A DNA stretch of 64,000 nucleotides. Origin: Escherichia coli. GTDB taxonomy: Bacteria > Pseudomonadota > Gammaproteobacteria > Enterobacterales > Enterobacteriaceae. The translations under genes and the position numbers were made by a program. Below, piece by piece: positions 32,151-45,477 of the stretch. The DNA lies in assembly GCF_003334335.1 (NCBI RefSeq), contig NZ_QOWQ01000004.1. One strand, given 5' to 3'. The stretch's first letter is position 1, and each line of letters starts with the position of its first letter. Below the pieces are notes generated by a model, which did no database searches, had not been told where the DNA came from, and saw only the letters and a list, made by a program, of their open reading frames with translations.

Positions 32151-34394
32151 ATGGCGCGTTCCAAAACTGCTCAGCCAAAACACTCACTGCGTAAAATCGC
32201 AGTTGTAGTAGCCACAGCGGTTAGCGGCATGTCTGTTTATGCACAGGCAGCGGTTGAACCGAAAGAAGACACTATCACCGTTACCGCTGCACCTGCGCCG
32301 CAAGAAAGCGCATGGGGGCCTGCTGCAACTATTGCGGCGCGACAGTCTGCTACCGGCACTAAAACCGATACGCCGATTCAAAAAGTGCCACAGTCTATTT
32401 CTGTTGTGACCGCCGAAGAGATGGCGCTGCATCAGCCGAAGTCGGTAAAAGAAGCGCTTAGCTACACGCCGGGTGTCTCTGTTGGTACGCGTGGCGCATC
32501 CAACACCTATGACCACCTGATCATTCGCGGCTTTGCGGCAGAAGGCCAAAGCCAGAATAACTATCTGAATGGCCTGAAGTTGCAGGGCAACTTCTATAAC
32601 GATGCGGTCATTGACCCGTATATGCTGGAACGCGCTGAAATTATGCGTGGCCCGGTTTCCGTGCTTTACGGTAAAAGCAGTCCTGGCGGCCTGTTGAATA
32701 TGGTCAGCAAGCGTCCGACCACCGAACCGCTGAAAGAAGTTCAGTTTAAAGCCGGTACTGACAGCCTGTTCCAGACTGGTTTTGACTTTAGCGATTCGTT
32801 GGATGATGACGGTGTTTACTCTTATCGCCTGACCGGTCTTGCGCGTTCTGCCAATGCCCAGCAGAAAGGGTCAGAAGAGCAGCGTTATGCTATTGCACCG
32901 GCGTTCACCTGGCGTCCGGATGATAAAACCAATTTTACCTTCCTTTCTTACTTCCAGAACGAGCCGGAAACCGGTTATTACGGCTGGTTGCCGAAAGAGG
33001 GAACCGTTGAGCCGCTGCCGAACGGTAAGCGTCTGCCGACAGACTTTAATGAAGGGGCGAAGAACAACACCTATTCTCGTAATGAGAAGATGGTCGGCTA
33101 CAGCTTCGATCACGAATTTAACGACACCTTTACTGTGCGTCAGAACCTGCGCTTTGCTGAAAACAAAACCTCGCAAAACAGCGTTTATGGTTACGGCGTC
33201 TGCTCCGATCCGGCGAATGCTTACAGCAAACAGTGTGCGGCATTAGCGCCAGCGGATAAAGGCCATTATCTGGCACGTAAATACGTCGTTGATGATGAGA
33301 AGCTGCAAAACTTCTCCGTTGATACCCAGTTGCAGAGCAAGTTTGCCACTGGCGATATCGACCACACCCTGCTGACCGGTGTCGACTTTATGCGTATGCG
33401 TAATGACATCAACGCCTGGTTTGGTTACGACGACTCTGTGCCACTGCTCAATCTGTACAATCCGGTGAATACCGATTTCGACTTCAATGCCAAAGATCCG
33501 GCAAACTCCGGCCCTTACCGCATTCTGAATAAACAGAAACAAACGGGCGTTTATGTTCAGGATCAGGCGCAGTGGGATAAAGTGCTGGTCACCCTAGGCG
33601 GTCGTTATGACTGGGCAGATCAAGAATCTCTTAACCGCGTTGCCGGGACGACCGATAAACGTGATGACAAACAGTTTACCTGGCGTGGTGGTGTTAACTA
33701 CCTGTTTGATAATGGTGTAACACCTTACTTCAGCTATAGCGAATCGTTTGAACCTTCTTCGCAAGTTGGGAAGGATGGTAATATTTTCGCACCGTCTAAA
33801 GGTAAGCAGTATGAAGTCGGCGTGAAATATGTACCGGAAGATCGTCCGATTGTAGTTACTGGTGCCGTGTATAATCTCACTAAAACCAACAACCTGATGG
33901 CGGACCCTGAGGGTTCCTTCTTCTCGGTTGAAGGTGGCGAGATCCGCGCACGTGGCGTAGAAATCGAAGCGAAAGCGGCGCTGTCGGCGAGTGTTAACGT
34001 AGTCGGTTCTTATACTTACACCGATGCGGAATACACCACCGATACTACCTATAAAGGCAATACGCCTGCACAGGTGCCAAAACACATGGCTTCGTTGTGG
34101 GCTGACTACACCTTCTTTGACGGTCCGCTTTCAGGTCTGACGCTGGGCACCGGTGGTCGTTATACTGGCTCCAGTTATGGTGATCCGGCTAACTCCTTTA
34201 AAGTGGGAAGTTATACGGTCGTGGATGCGTTAGTACGTTATGATCTGGCGCGAGTCGGCATGGCTGGCTCCAACGTGGCGCTGCATGTTAACAACCTGTT
34301 CGATCGTGAATACGTCGCCAGCTGCTTTAACACTTATGGCTGCTTCTGGGGCGCAGAACGTCAGGTCGTTGCAACCGCAACCTTCCGTTTCTAA
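32151..34394 (+). CDS. fhuA: TonB-dependent ferrichrome outer-membrane transporter (747 aa)
   Basis: ORF track MARSKTAQPKHSLRKIAVVVATAVSGMSVYAQA... signal peptide; TonB box DTITV; C-terminal ...ATATFRF. Confidence 0.95.
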   Translation: MARSKTAQPKHSLRKIAVVVATAVSGMSVYAQAAVEPKEDTITVTAAPAPQESAWGPAATIAARQSATGTKTDTPIQKVPQSISVVTAEEMALHQPKSVKEALSYTPGVSVGTRGASNTYDHLIIRGFAAEGQSQNNYLNGLKLQGNFYNDAVIDPYMLERAEIMRGPVSVLYGKSSPGGLLNMVSKRPTTEPLKEVQFKAGTDSLFQTGFDFSDSLDDDGVYSYRLTGLARSANAQQKGSEEQRYAIAPAFTWRPDDKTNFTFLSYFQNEPETGYYGWLPKEGTVEPLPNGKRLPTDFNEGAKNNTYSRNEKMVGYSFDHEFNDTFTVRQNLRFAENKTSQNSVYGYGVCSDPANAYSKQCAALAPADKGHYLARKYVVDDEKLQNFSVDTQLQSKFATGDIDHTLLTGVDFMRMRNDINAWFGYDDSVPLLNLYNPVNTDFDFNAKDPANSGPYRILNKQKQTGVYVQDQAQWDKVLVTLGGRYDWADQESLNRVAGTTDKRDDKQFTWRGGVNYLFDNGVTPYFSYSESFEPSSQVGKDGNIFAPSKGKQYEVGVKYVPEDRPIVVTGAVYNLTKTNNLMADPEGSFFSVEGGEIRARGVEIEAKAALSASVNVVGSYTYTDAEYTTDTTYKGNTPAQVPKHMASLWADYTFFDGPLSGLTLGTGGRYTGSSYGDPANSFKVGSYTVVDALVRYDLARVGMAGSNVALHVNNLFDREYVASCFNTYGCFWGAERQVVATATFRF

Positions 34395-34444
34395 TTTCTC
34401 TTTTGGGGCACGGATTTCCGTGCCCATTTCACAAGTTAGCTGTT

Positions 34445-35242
34445 ATGCAGGAATACACGAATCATTCCGATACCACTTTTGCACTGCGTAATATCTCCTT
34501 TCGTGTGCCCGGGCGCACGCTTTTGCATCCGCTGTCGTTAACCTTTCCTGCCGGGAAAGTGACCGGTCTGATTGGTCACAACGGTTCTGGTAAATCCACT
34601 CTGCTCAAAATGCTTGGCCGTCATCAGCCGCCGTCGGAAGGGGAGATTCTTCTTGATGCCCAACCGCTGGAAAGCTGGAGCAGCAAAGCGTTTGCCCGCA
34701 AAGTGGCTTATTTGCTGCAGCAGCTTCCTCCGGCAGAAGGGATGACCGTGCGTGAACTGGTGGCGATTGGTCGTTACCCGTGGCATGGCGCGCTGGGGCG
34801 CTTTGGGGCGGCAGATCGCGAAAAAGTCGAGGAAGCTATCTCGCTGGTTGGCTTAAAACCGCTGGCGCATCGGCTGGTCGATAGTCTCTCTGGCGGCGAA
34901 CGTCAGCGGGCGTGGATCGCCATGCTGGTGGCGCAGGATAGCCGTTGTCTGTTGCTCGACGAACCGACCTCGGCGCTGGATATCGCCCACCAGGTTGATG
35001 TGCTGTCGCTGGTGCACCGTTTAAGTCAGGAGCGTGGCCTGACGGTCATTGCCGTGTTGCACGATATCAATATGGCGGTACGCTACTGTGATTATCTGGT
35101 CGCCCTGCGCGGCGGTGAAATGATTGCTCAGGGAACGCCTGCGGAAATTATGCGCGGCGAAACCCTCGAAATGATTTATGGCATCCCGATGGGTATTTTG
35201 CCGCATCCGGCGGGTGCTGCACCTGTGAGTTTTGTTTATTGA
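34445..35242 (+). CDS. fhuC: ferric hydroxamate ABC transporter ATP-binding protein (265 aa)
   Basis: ORF track frame 34403..35242; start at MQEYTNHSDTTFALRNISF...; Walker A GHNGSGKST, signature LSGGERQRA. Confidence 0.93.
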   Translation: MQEYTNHSDTTFALRNISFRVPGRTLLHPLSLTFPAGKVTGLIGHNGSGKSTLLKMLGRHQPPSEGEILLDAQPLESWSSKAFARKVAYLLQQLPPAEGMTVRELVAIGRYPWHGALGRFGAADREKVEEAISLVGLKPLAHRLVDSLSGGERQRAWIAMLVAQDSRCLLLDEPTSALDIAHQVDVLSLVHRLSQERGLTVIAVLHDINMAVRYCDYLVALRGGEMIAQGTPAEIMRGETLEMIYGIPMGILPHPAGAAPVSFVY

Positions 35243-36132
35243 TGAGCGGCTTACCTCTTATTTCGCGCCGTCGACTGTTAACGGCGATGGCGCTTTCTCC
35301 GTTGTTATGGCAGATGAATACCGCCCACGCGGCGGCTATTGATCCCAATCGTATTGTGGCGCTGGAGTGGTTGCCGGTGGAATTACTGCTGGCGCTCGGC
35401 ATCGTGCCTTACGGCGTGGCGGATACCATCAACTATCGCCTGTGGGTCAGCGAACCACCATTGCCGGACTCAGTGATCGACGTCGGTTTGCGCACAGAAC
35501 CTAACCTTGAACTGCTGACCGAAATGAAACCATCGTTTATGGTCTGGTCGGCAGGATATGGCCCTTCACCAGAAATGCTGGCTCGTATTGCGCCGGGTCG
35601 CGGATTTAACTTCAGTGACGGCAAACAGCCGTTGGCGATGGCGCGTAAATCGCTGACGGAAATGGCAGATTTACTTAACCTGCAAAGCGCAGCGGAAACG
35701 CATTTAGCGCAATATGAAGACTTTATCCGCAGCATGAAACCCCGCTTTGTGAAGCGTGGTGCGCGTCCGTTATTGCTGACGACGCTTATCGATCCGCGCC
35801 ATATGCTGGTCTTCGGTCCAAACAGCTTGTTCCAGGAAATTCTTGATGAGTACGGCATCCCAAATGCCTGGCAAGGGGAAACCAACTTCTGGGGCAGTAC
35901 CGCCGTCAGTATCGATCGTCTGGCGGCGTATAAAGACGTTGATGTGCTCTGTTTTGATCACGACAACAGCAAAGACATGGATGCGCTAATGGCAACGCCG
36001 CTGTGGCAGGCCATGCCGTTTGTCCGCGCCGGACGCTTTCAGCGCGTACCTGCAGTCTGGTTTTATGGTGCGACGCTCTCGGCAATGCACTTTGTGCGCG
36101 TTCTGGATAACGCCATCGGAGGTAAAGCGTGA
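35242..36132 (+). CDS. fhuD: ferric hydroxamate periplasmic binding protein (296 aa)
   Basis: ORF track frame 35239..36132; ATG at 35242 overlaps the fhuC stop by 1 nt; MSGLPLISRRRLLTAMALSPLLWQMNTAHAA (Tat/Sec-like signal). Confidence 0.93.
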   Translation: MSGLPLISRRRLLTAMALSPLLWQMNTAHAAAIDPNRIVALEWLPVELLLALGIVPYGVADTINYRLWVSEPPLPDSVIDVGLRTEPNLELLTEMKPSFMVWSAGYGPSPEMLARIAPGRGFNFSDGKQPLAMARKSLTEMADLLNLQSAAETHLAQYEDFIRSMKPRFVKRGARPLLLTTLIDPRHMLVFGPNSLFQEILDEYGIPNAWQGETNFWGSTAVSIDRLAAYKDVDVLCFDHDNSKDMDALMATPLWQAMPFVRAGRFQRVPAVWFYGATLSAMHFVRVLDNAIGGKA

Positions 36133-38111
36133 GTAAACGAATTGCGCTTTTCCCGGCGTTATTGCTGGCGCTGTTAGTGATTGTCGCTACGGCGCTCACC
36201 TGGATGAACTTCTCGCAGGCGCTGCCGCGTAGCCAGTGGGCGCAGGCTGCCTGGTCGCCGGATATTGACGTCATCGAGCAGATGATTTTTCACTACAGCT
36301 TGTTGCCGCGTCTGGCGATTTCGCTGCTGGTGGGCGCGGGTCTGGGGCTGGTGGGCGTGCTGTTTCAGCAAGTGCTGCGTAACCCGCTGGCGGAGCCGAC
36401 GACGCTTGGCGTTGCTACAGGCGCGCAACTGGGGATTACCGTCACTACGCTCTGGGCGATCCCTGGTGCGATGGCGAGCCAGTTTGCTGCGCTGGCAGGG
36501 GCTTGTGTTGTTGGCTTAATTGTCTTTGGCGTCGCGTGGGGGAAACGGCTGTCGCCGGTAACGCTGATTCTCGCGGGGTTGGTAGTGAGCCTTTATTGCG
36601 GCGCAATCAATCAGTTACTGGTTATCTTCCATCATGACCAACTGCAAAGCATGTTTCTGTGGAGCACTGGAACGCTGACGCAAACCGACTGGGGCGGCGT
36701 TGAGCGTTTATGGCCGCAGCTGCTGGGCGGTGTGATGCTGACGTTGCTGCTACTTCGTCCGTTAACCCTGATGGGGCTTGATGATGGCGTGGCGCGCAAT
36801 CTCGGGCTGGCCTTGTCGCTTGCGCGTCTGGCGGCGCTGTCGCTGGCGATTGTCATCAGTGCGCTGCTGGTGAACGCTGTGGGGATTATCGGCTTTATCG
36901 GGTTGTTCGCGCCGCTGCTGGCAAAAATGCTGGGGGCGCGGCGTCTGCTGCCACGACTGATGCTGGCGTCGTTGATTGGTGCGCTGATCCTCTGGCTTTC
37001 CGATCAAATCATCCTCTGGCTGACTCGCGTGTGGATGGAAGTGTCCACCGGTTCGGTCACTGCGTTGATCGGTGCGCCGCTGCTACTGTGGCTGTTGCCG
37101 CGTTTACGCAGCATTAGCGCGCCGGATATGAAGGTCAACGATCGTGTCGCGGCTGAACGCCAACATGTGCTGGCGTTTGCCCTCGCGGGCGGCGTGCTGC
37201 TGTTGATGGCTGTGGTGGTGGCGCTGTCGTTTGGTCGTGATGCGCACGGCTGGACGTGGGCGAGCGGGGCGTTGCTCGAGGATTTAATGCCCTGGCGCTG
37301 GCCGCGAATTATGGCGGCGCTGTTTGCGGGCGTCATGCTGGCGGTGGCGGGCTGTATTATTCAGCGACTGACCGGAAACCCGATGGCAAGCCCGGAAGTG
37401 CTGGGGATTAGCTCCGGCGCGGCGTTTGGCGTGGTGTTGATGCTGTTTCTGGTGCCGGGTAATGCCTTTGGCTGGCTGTTACCTGCAGGCAGTCTCGGCG
37501 CGGCGGTGACGCTGTCGATCATTATGATCGCCGCCGGCCGCGGTGGATTTTCCCCACACCGTATGTTACTGGCGGGGATGGCGTTAAGCACCGCGTTCAC
37601 CATGCTTTTGATGATGTTGCAGGCAAGTGGTGACCCGCGAATGGCGCAAGTGCTGACCTGGATTTCCGGTTCGACCTACAACGCGACCGATGCGCAGGTC
37701 TGGCGCACCGGAATTGTGATGGTGATTTTGCTGGCGATTACCCCGCTGTGCCGCCGCTGGCTGACCATTTTACCGCTGGGTGGTGATACCGCCCGAGCCG
37801 TAGGAATGGCGCTGACGCCGACGCGAATTGCGCTGCTGCTGTTAGCGGCTTGCCTGACGGCGACCGCGACGATGACTATTGGACCGTTGAGTTTTGTTGG
37901 TTTAATGGCACCGCATATTGCGCGGATGATGGGCTTTCGACGGACGATGCCACACATCGTAATTTCGGCGCTGGTGGGTGGTTTACTGCTGGTGTTCGCT
38001 GACTGGTGTGGGCGGATGGTGCTGTTTCCATTCCAGATCCCGGCGGGGCTGCTGTCAACCTTTATCGGCGCGCCATATTTTATCTATTTGTTGAGAAAGC
38101 AGAGCCGTTAA
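36129..38111 (+). CDS. fhuB: ferric hydroxamate ABC transporter permease, duplicated FecCD-type domains (660 aa), GTG start
   Basis: ORF track 660 aa; GTG at 36129 overlaps the fhuD stop (GTGA); two homologous halves each with about 10 TM segments. Confidence 0.93.
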   Translation: MSKRIALFPALLLALLVIVATALTWMNFSQALPRSQWAQAAWSPDIDVIEQMIFHYSLLPRLAISLLVGAGLGLVGVLFQQVLRNPLAEPTTLGVATGAQLGITVTTLWAIPGAMASQFAALAGACVVGLIVFGVAWGKRLSPVTLILAGLVVSLYCGAINQLLVIFHHDQLQSMFLWSTGTLTQTDWGGVERLWPQLLGGVMLTLLLLRPLTLMGLDDGVARNLGLALSLARLAALSLAIVISALLVNAVGIIGFIGLFAPLLAKMLGARRLLPRLMLASLIGALILWLSDQIILWLTRVWMEVSTGSVTALIGAPLLLWLLPRLRSISAPDMKVNDRVAAERQHVLAFALAGGVLLLMAVVVALSFGRDAHGWTWASGALLEDLMPWRWPRIMAALFAGVMLAVAGCIIQRLTGNPMASPEVLGISSGAAFGVVLMLFLVPGNAFGWLLPAGSLGAAVTLSIIMIAAGRGGFSPHRMLLAGMALSTAFTMLLMMLQASGDPRMAQVLTWISGSTYNATDAQVWRTGIVMVILLAITPLCRRWLTILPLGGDTARAVGMALTPTRIALLLLAACLTATATMTIGPLSFVGLMAPHIARMMGFRRTMPHIVISALVGGLLLVFADWCGRMVLFPFQIPAGLLSTFIGAPYFIYLLRKQSR

Positions 38112-38166
38112 TTTTTCCATATAACGGCCCTGTACGCCTGGACGGATAAAGCGTTTACGCGACAAC

Positions 38167-38259
<93 letters not shown>

Positions 38260-38268
38260 CATGCTGGA

Positions 38269-39549
38269 TCACAACTTCGCAAACACCCGACGTGCAGCAT
38301 CGATGGTGTTATTGATATCTTCCATGCTGTGCGCCACGGACATAAAGCCCGCTTCAAACGCTGACGGTGCCAGGTAAACACCTTCGCCCAGCATCATATG
38401 GAAGAAACGCTTAAAGCGTTCCACGTCACAGGCCATCACATCCTGATAGCACGTCACGGACTCGGCGTCGGTAAAGAAAATACCGAACATGCCGCCAACG
38501 TGGTTAACGACCAGCGGAATTCCGGCTTCTTCTGCCGCTTCCAGCAGACCTTCTGCCAGACGTGTTGTCAGCTCATCCAGCGTTTCGTGAACGCCCGGCT
38601 GCGCGACTTCATTCAGACAGGCGAAACCCGCTGCCATCGCAATCGGGTTACCGGAAAGCGTACCCGCCTGATAGACCGGACCCGTCGGGGCCAGCGCATC
38701 CATTACATCACGACGACCACCGAATGCGCCTACCGGCATTCCACCGCCGATGATTTTGCCGAGGCAGGTTAAATCTGGCACTACGCCGTAATAATCCTGT
38801 GCGCCAGCTAGCGCTACGCGGAAACCGGTCATCACTTCATCGATGATCAGCAACGCGCCAAATTCGTCGCACAGCGCGCGCAGACCTGGCAGGAACTCTG
38901 GCAGCGGCGGAACACAGTTCATATTGCCTGCCACCGGCTCGACGATAATACAGGCAATCTCTTGCGGGTATTGCTCAAATGCGGCGCGTACAGAAGCCAG
39001 ATCATTATAAGTACAGGTTAAGGTATGTTTGGCGAAATCTGCCGGAACGCCCGGCGAGTTTGGCTGGCCTAACGTGAGTGCGCCAGAACCGGCTTTCACC
39101 AGCAGGCAGTCAGCGTGACCATGGTAACACCCTTCAAATTTAATAATTTTGTCGCGACCGGTAAAACCACGGGCCAGGCGGATGGCGCTCATGGTCGCTT
39201 CAGTGCCGGAGTTCACCATGCGCACCATATCCATGGTCGGGACCAGTTCGGTCACCAGTTGCGCCATTTTCACTTCCATTTCGGTTGGTGCACCAAAGCT
39301 TAAACCACGCTCGGCGGCTTCAATCACGGCATTGCGGATTGCCGGATGGTTATGGCCCAGCACCATCGGCCCCCAGGAACCGACATAATCGATATAGGCT
39401 TTGCCATCAACATCGTACAGATAAGCGCCGTCCGCTTTTTCGATAAACAGTGGAGTGCCGCCCACGCCAGTAAAGGCGCGAACAGGGGAGTTCACACCGC
39501 CAGGGATCAGCTCGCGCGCTGCGCTGTAAAGATTTTCAGACTTACTCAT
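38269..39549 (-). CDS. hemL: glutamate-1-semialdehyde 2,1-aminomutase (426 aa)
   Basis: ORF track [26 protein letters not shown]...; recognised HemL. Confidence 0.95.
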   Translation of the reverse strand: MSKSENLYSAARELIPGGVNSPVRAFTGVGGTPLFIEKADGAYLYDVDGKAYIDYVGSWGPMVLGHNHPAIRNAVIEAAERGLSFGAPTEMEVKMAQLVTELVPTMDMVRMVNSGTEATMSAIRLARGFTGRDKIIKFEGCYHGHADCLLVKAGSGALTLGQPNSPGVPADFAKHTLTCTYNDLASVRAAFEQYPQEIACIIVEPVAGNMNCVPPLPEFLPGLRALCDEFGALLIIDEVMTGFRVALAGAQDYYGVVPDLTCLGKIIGGGMPVGAFGGRRDVMDALAPTGPVYQAGTLSGNPIAMAAGFACLNEVAQPGVHETLDELTTRLAEGLLEAAEEAGIPLVVNHVGGMFGIFFTDAESVTCYQDVMACDVERFKRFFHMMLGEGVYLAPSAFEAGFMSVAHSMEDINNTIDAARRVFAKL

Positions 39550-39755
39550 GGAGGGTTCCTGATTCGTAGAAAAAGTGAATGGCTGCTATTCTATGTTATT
39601 CATAACAAGTTAAATACTCGTCAAACATCAGGCTGCTTGTACTGGTGCAATCCTGATTTCTTAGAGTATAAAAGTTTTGTGCATTTGAAACATTACGCTT
39701 TGCAAAGGATTTTCATGGAACGTGCGAGTAAAATGCCGTCATCTTATTTGTATGA

Positions 39756-41195
<1,440 letters not shown>

Positions 41196-41276
41196 ACGAA
41201 ATACCAGGGTATTAGATAATGGCGATTATTATTGGGTTAGAATTTGCCCAATTGCCGATGTCGTTTGGAGCAAAAT

Positions 41277-41621
41277 ATGAGTGATGACGTAGCACTGCCG
41301 CTGGAGTTTACCGACGCAGCAGCCAACAAAGTTAAAAGCCTGATCGCTGACGAAGATAACCCGAATCTGAAATTACGCGTGTATATCACCGGTGGCGGTT
41401 GCAGCGGCTTCCAGTATGGTTTCACCTTTGATGATCAGGTGAACGAAGGCGATATGACCATCGAAAAACAGGGCGTTGGCCTGGTGGTTGATCCGATGAG
41501 CCTGCAATATCTGGTCGGCGGTTCCGTTGATTATACCGAAGGTCTGGAAGGTTCTCGTTTCATCGTGACCAACCCGAACGCGAAAAGCACCTGCGGTTGC
41601 GGTTCTTCCTTTAGTATCTAA
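41277..41621 (+). CDS. erpA: A-type iron-sulfur cluster carrier ErpA (114 aa)
   Basis: ORF track frame 41244..41621; start at [20 protein letters not shown]...; C-terminal CGCGSSF cluster-binding motif. Confidence 0.92.
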
Positions 41622-41631
41622 TCTGTTGTTC

Positions 41632-41658
41632 ATGTGCCGGATAAACTATCCGGCACAT
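41632..41658. terminator. hairpin between convergent erpA and yadS, candidate bidirectional terminator
   Basis: atgtgccgga-taaacta-tccggcacat perfect 10-bp stem. Confidence 0.5.
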
Positions 41659-41667
41659 CTTCTCTCT

Positions 41668-42291
41668 TCAACGCCCATTCTCATCCAGCGCAAACGTCGG
41701 TAGCTTAAGATGCCAACGAATAGCCGCCAGCCGAATCAATAGCGTCACGACCATGCCCATCATACTGGCTGTTTCCAGTGGTACGGAAAATGTGTAATAA
41801 GCCGTAGCGTGGACAATACCGCCGATAATACAGGCAGTTGCGTAGATTTCTGTACGTAAAATCATGGGGATTTCGCGGGCCAGAACATCACGAATGATCC
41901 CGCCGCCAACGCCAGTAATGACGCCCATACAAACCGCGATTAACGGACCGGCTTCCGCATTAAAGGCTTTATTCACGCCAATGCCGACAAACACCGCCAG
42001 ACCAACGGCGTCCAGCACCGGCAACATCCATTTTGGTAAGCGTCTTGGCTGGCGCACCAGCACGATGGTCAGCATGCTGGTGACCATTGCAACGACCAGA
42101 TCGGTGGGATCTTTCACCCAAAATACCGGGCCGTGATCCAGCGCCATGTCGCGAATTGTCCCGCCGCCTACTGCGGTTACCACGCCCAGTACCAGAACAC
42201 CAAAAGGGTCCATACGCAATTTTCCGGCTAACAAAACGCCGGAGATGGCAAATACCGCTGTGCCGACTATATCCAGCCAATAGACGAGCAT
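41668..42291 (-). CDS. yadS: UPF0126 family inner-membrane protein (207 aa)
   Basis: ORF track MLVYWLDIVGTAVFAISGVLLAGKLRMDPFGVLVLG...; duplicated hydrophobic repeat. Confidence 0.88.
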   Translation of the reverse strand: MLVYWLDIVGTAVFAISGVLLAGKLRMDPFGVLVLGVVTAVGGGTIRDMALDHGPVFWVKDPTDLVVAMVTSMLTIVLVRQPRRLPKWMLPVLDAVGLAVFVGIGVNKAFNAEAGPLIAVCMGVITGVGGGIIRDVLAREIPMILRTEIYATACIIGGIVHATAYYTFSVPLETASMMGMVVTLLIRLAAIRWHLKLPTFALDENGR

Positions 42292-42328
42292 TGTTCAATC
42301 CCCACTGAGCACCTGAAAAGGTCAGGCG

Positions 42329-43129
42329 CTAATCTACCTGTGAAAGCGCATTACAGAGCTGTTGTGCAGCGAGGATAATACGTGGGCTTGCACGTTCAAA
42401 CCAGTCACTCGTGAGAGGAATAACGGGAATTTTGAGCTGTTCACCCCAGTATTGTTTGATTTTAGGAATTTGGTCCGGTCCGCCTGTAATGACAATCGCC
42501 TGTGGCGAGCGTGCTAACACCTGTTCGCGGCTAACTTGCGGCCAGGGAACCCGGCTGTCTTTAAAGATGTTTTCTCCGCCACAAACTTCGAGTACCTGGT
42601 TCTGAATCGACTCTTTTCCACTGGTAAATGGCGGATTAATGCCGAATTGCAGAAAAACACGTTTTTTAGGTTTATCAGCATATTGCGCTTTCAATTGCGC
42701 GTACTGATCCAGCAGGGATTGCGCGGCTTGTTCGGCCTTGTCTGGTTGCGGACTCCAGGGGGCCAGTTGACGTAACGCATTGGCAATTTGTTCAATGCTT
42801 GTCGCATCGACCCACATCACTTTTATTCCCAGCGAAGCCAGCTGGTCAACCTGCCGCTCGGCATTACCTCCACGCCAGGCAATCACCAGATCGGGTTTCA
42901 GCGCGACAATGCGTTCCAGATTCATCCCCTGCCAGGTGGAAACCTGCTCAATCTTTTGCGCTTGTGGAGGATAGTCGGAATAGCTGCTGACCCCAACCGG
43001 CGTGATCCCGGCGGCAAAGGCAAGTTCAGTGTTGGCGGGAGAAAGCGTGATGACGCGCGGCGCGGCGTTGAGCCACAGTGGCGCAAGAAAAGACAGGGCG
43101 ACCAGCGCCCTGAACAGTGACTTAGCCAT
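42329..43129 (-). CDS. btuF: vitamin B12 periplasmic binding protein (266 aa)
   Basis: ORF track frame 42329..43156; start at [22 protein letters not shown] (signal peptide); 5' end overlaps the mtn stop by 8 nt. Confidence 0.92.
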   Translation of the reverse strand: MAKSLFRALVALSFLAPLWLNAAPRVITLSPANTELAFAAGITPVGVSSYSDYPPQAQKIEQVSTWQGMNLERIVALKPDLVIAWRGGNAERQVDQLASLGIKVMWVDATSIEQIANALRQLAPWSPQPDKAEQAAQSLLDQYAQLKAQYADKPKKRVFLQFGINPPFTSGKESIQNQVLEVCGGENIFKDSRVPWPQVSREQVLARSPQAIVITGGPDQIPKIKQYWGEQLKIPVIPLTSDWFERASPRIILAAQQLCNALSQVD

Positions 43130-43820
43130 GTGCAAGTTTCTGCACCAGTGACTCAACCATCAGGCTGGACTGTTTAGCGGCAACAGCCAGGAACTCATCG
43201 AAGCTAAGATGAGACTGTTGATCGGCCACGTCGGAGATGGCGCGTACGACAACAAACGGGACGTTGAAATTGTGGCAGACATGGGCGATTGCCGTCGCTT
43301 CCATCTCTACAGCAATGGCCTGTGGGAAGTTGTGGCGGATTTTCGCCAGACCAACAGAACCGTTGATGAAAGCGTCGCCGCTAACAATCAGGCCACGTAC
43401 AGCGTTAAGATTCAGTTCGGCAATGCAGGCCTCAGCGGCAGCGATCAGTTTATCGTCAGCTTTAAAGCCTGCCGGACAGCCTGGTAACTGACCGTATTCA
43501 TAACCAAATGCCGTGACATCCGCGTCGTGATAACGTGCTTCGTCCGAGACAACGATATCGCCCACTTTCAACGTTGGTGCCAGGCCACCGGCAGAACCGG
43601 TGTTAATAATCACATCTGGCTTGCAGTGTTCCAACAGCAAAGTGGCACCCAGCGCCGCAGCGACTTTACCGATGCCCGATTTCAGAAGCGCAACCTCGGT
43701 TCCATTCAGTTGGCCGGTATAGATTTCGCAACCGCCGAGACTGATAGTTTGACGGTTTTCGATTTTGTCACGCAGCAGCGTAACTTCTTCTTCCATTGCA
43801 CCAATGATGCCGATTTTCAT
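43122..43820 (-). CDS. mtn: 5'-methylthioadenosine/S-adenosylhomocysteine nucleosidase (232 aa)
   Basis: ORF track [56 protein letters not shown]...; recognised Pfs/MtnN. Confidence 0.95.
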   Translation of the reverse strand: MKIGIIGAMEEEVTLLRDKIENRQTISLGGCEIYTGQLNGTEVALLKSGIGKVAAALGATLLLEHCKPDVIINTGSAGGLAPTLKVGDIVVSDEARYHDADVTAFGYEYGQLPGCPAGFKADDKLIAAAEACIAELNLNAVRGLIVSGDAFINGSVGLAKIRHNFPQAIAVEMEATAIAHVCHNFNVPFVVVRAISDVADQQSHLSFDEFLAVAAKQSSLMVESLVQKLAHG

Positions 43821-43903
43821 AGATTTACTCGCGATAAGCCCGATTTGAAGGCATAGTTTACCATGCGCTTACGGGGAAGCGTATTTCTCACGCGGGAGAG
43901 GAC

Positions 43904-45421
43904 ATGGCACAGATTGATTTCCGAAAAAAAATAAACTGGCATCGTCGTTACCGTTCACCGCAGGGCGTTAAAACCGAACATGAGATCCTGCGGATCTTCG
44001 AGAGCGATCGCGGGCGTATCATCAACTCTCCGGCAATTCGTCGTCTGCAACAAAAGACCCAGGTTTTTCCACTGGAGCGCAATGCCGCCGTGCGCACGCG
44101 TCTTACCCACTCGATGGAAGTCCAGCAGGTGGGGCGCTACATCGCCAAAGAAATTTTAAGCCGTCTGAAAGAGCTTAAATTACTGGAAGCATACGGCCTG
44201 GATGAACTGACCGGTCCCTTTGAAAGCATTGTTGAGATGTCATGCCTGATGCACGATATCGGCAATCCGCCGTTTGGTCATTTTGGCGAAGCGGCGATAA
44301 ATGACTGGTTTCGCCAACGTTTGCACCCGGAAGATGCCGAAAGCCAGCCTCTGACTGACGATCGCTGCAGCGTGGCGGCACTACGTTTACGGGACGGGGA
44401 AGAACCGCTTAACGAGCTGCGGCGCAAGATTCGTCAGGACTTATGTCATTTTGAGGGGAATGCACAAGGCATTCGCCTGGTGCATACATTGATGCGGATG
44501 AATCTCACCTGGGCACAGGTTGGCGGTATTTTAAAATATACCCGTCCGGCGTGGTGGCGTGGCGAAACGCCTGAGACACATCACTATTTAATGAAAAAGC
44601 CGGGTTATTATCTTTCTGAAGAAGCCTATATTGCCCGGTTGCGTAAAGAACTTAATTTGGCGCTTTACAGTCGTTTTCCATTAACGTGGATTATGGAAGC
44701 TGCCGACGACATCTCCTATTGTGTGGCAGACCTTGAAGATGCGGTAGAGAAAAGAATATTTACCGTTGAGCAGCTTTATCATCATTTGCACGAAGCGTGG
44801 GGCCAGCATGAGAAAGGTTCGCTCTTTTCGCTGGTGGTTGAAAATGCCTGGGAAAAATCACGCTCAAATAGTTTAAGCCGCAGTACGGAAGATCAGTTTT
44901 TTATGTATTTACGGGTAAACACCCTAAATAAACTGGTACCCTACGCGGCACAACGATTTATTGATAATCTGCCTGCGATTTTCGCCGGAACGTTTAATCA
45001 TGCATTATTGGAAGATGCCAGCGAATGCAGCGATCTTCTTAAGCTATATAAAAATGTCGCTGTAAAACATGTGTTTAGCCATCCAGATGTCGAGCAGCTT
45101 GAATTGCAGGGCTATCGGGTCATTAGCGGATTATTAGAGATTTATCGTCCTTTATTAAGCCTGTCGTTATCAGACTTTACTGAACTGGTAGAAAAAGAAC
45201 GGGTGAAACGTTTCCCTATTGAATCGCGCTTATTCCACAAACTCTCGACGCGCCATCGGCTGGCCTATGTCGAGGCTGTCAGTAAATTACCGTCAGATTC
45301 TCCTGAGTTTCCGCTATGGGAATATTATTACCGTTGCCGCCTGCTGCAGGATTATATCAGCGGTATGACCGACCTCTATGCGTGGGATGAATACCGACGT
45401 CTGATGGCCGTAGAACAATAA
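43904..45421 (+). CDS. dgt: deoxyguanosinetriphosphate triphosphohydrolase (505 aa)
   Basis: ORF track; HD-domain motif [11 protein letters not shown]; recognised Dgt. Confidence 0.95.
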
Positions 45422-45477
45422 CCAGGCTTTTGTAAAGACGAACAATAAATTTTTACCTTTTGCAGAAACTTTAGTTC

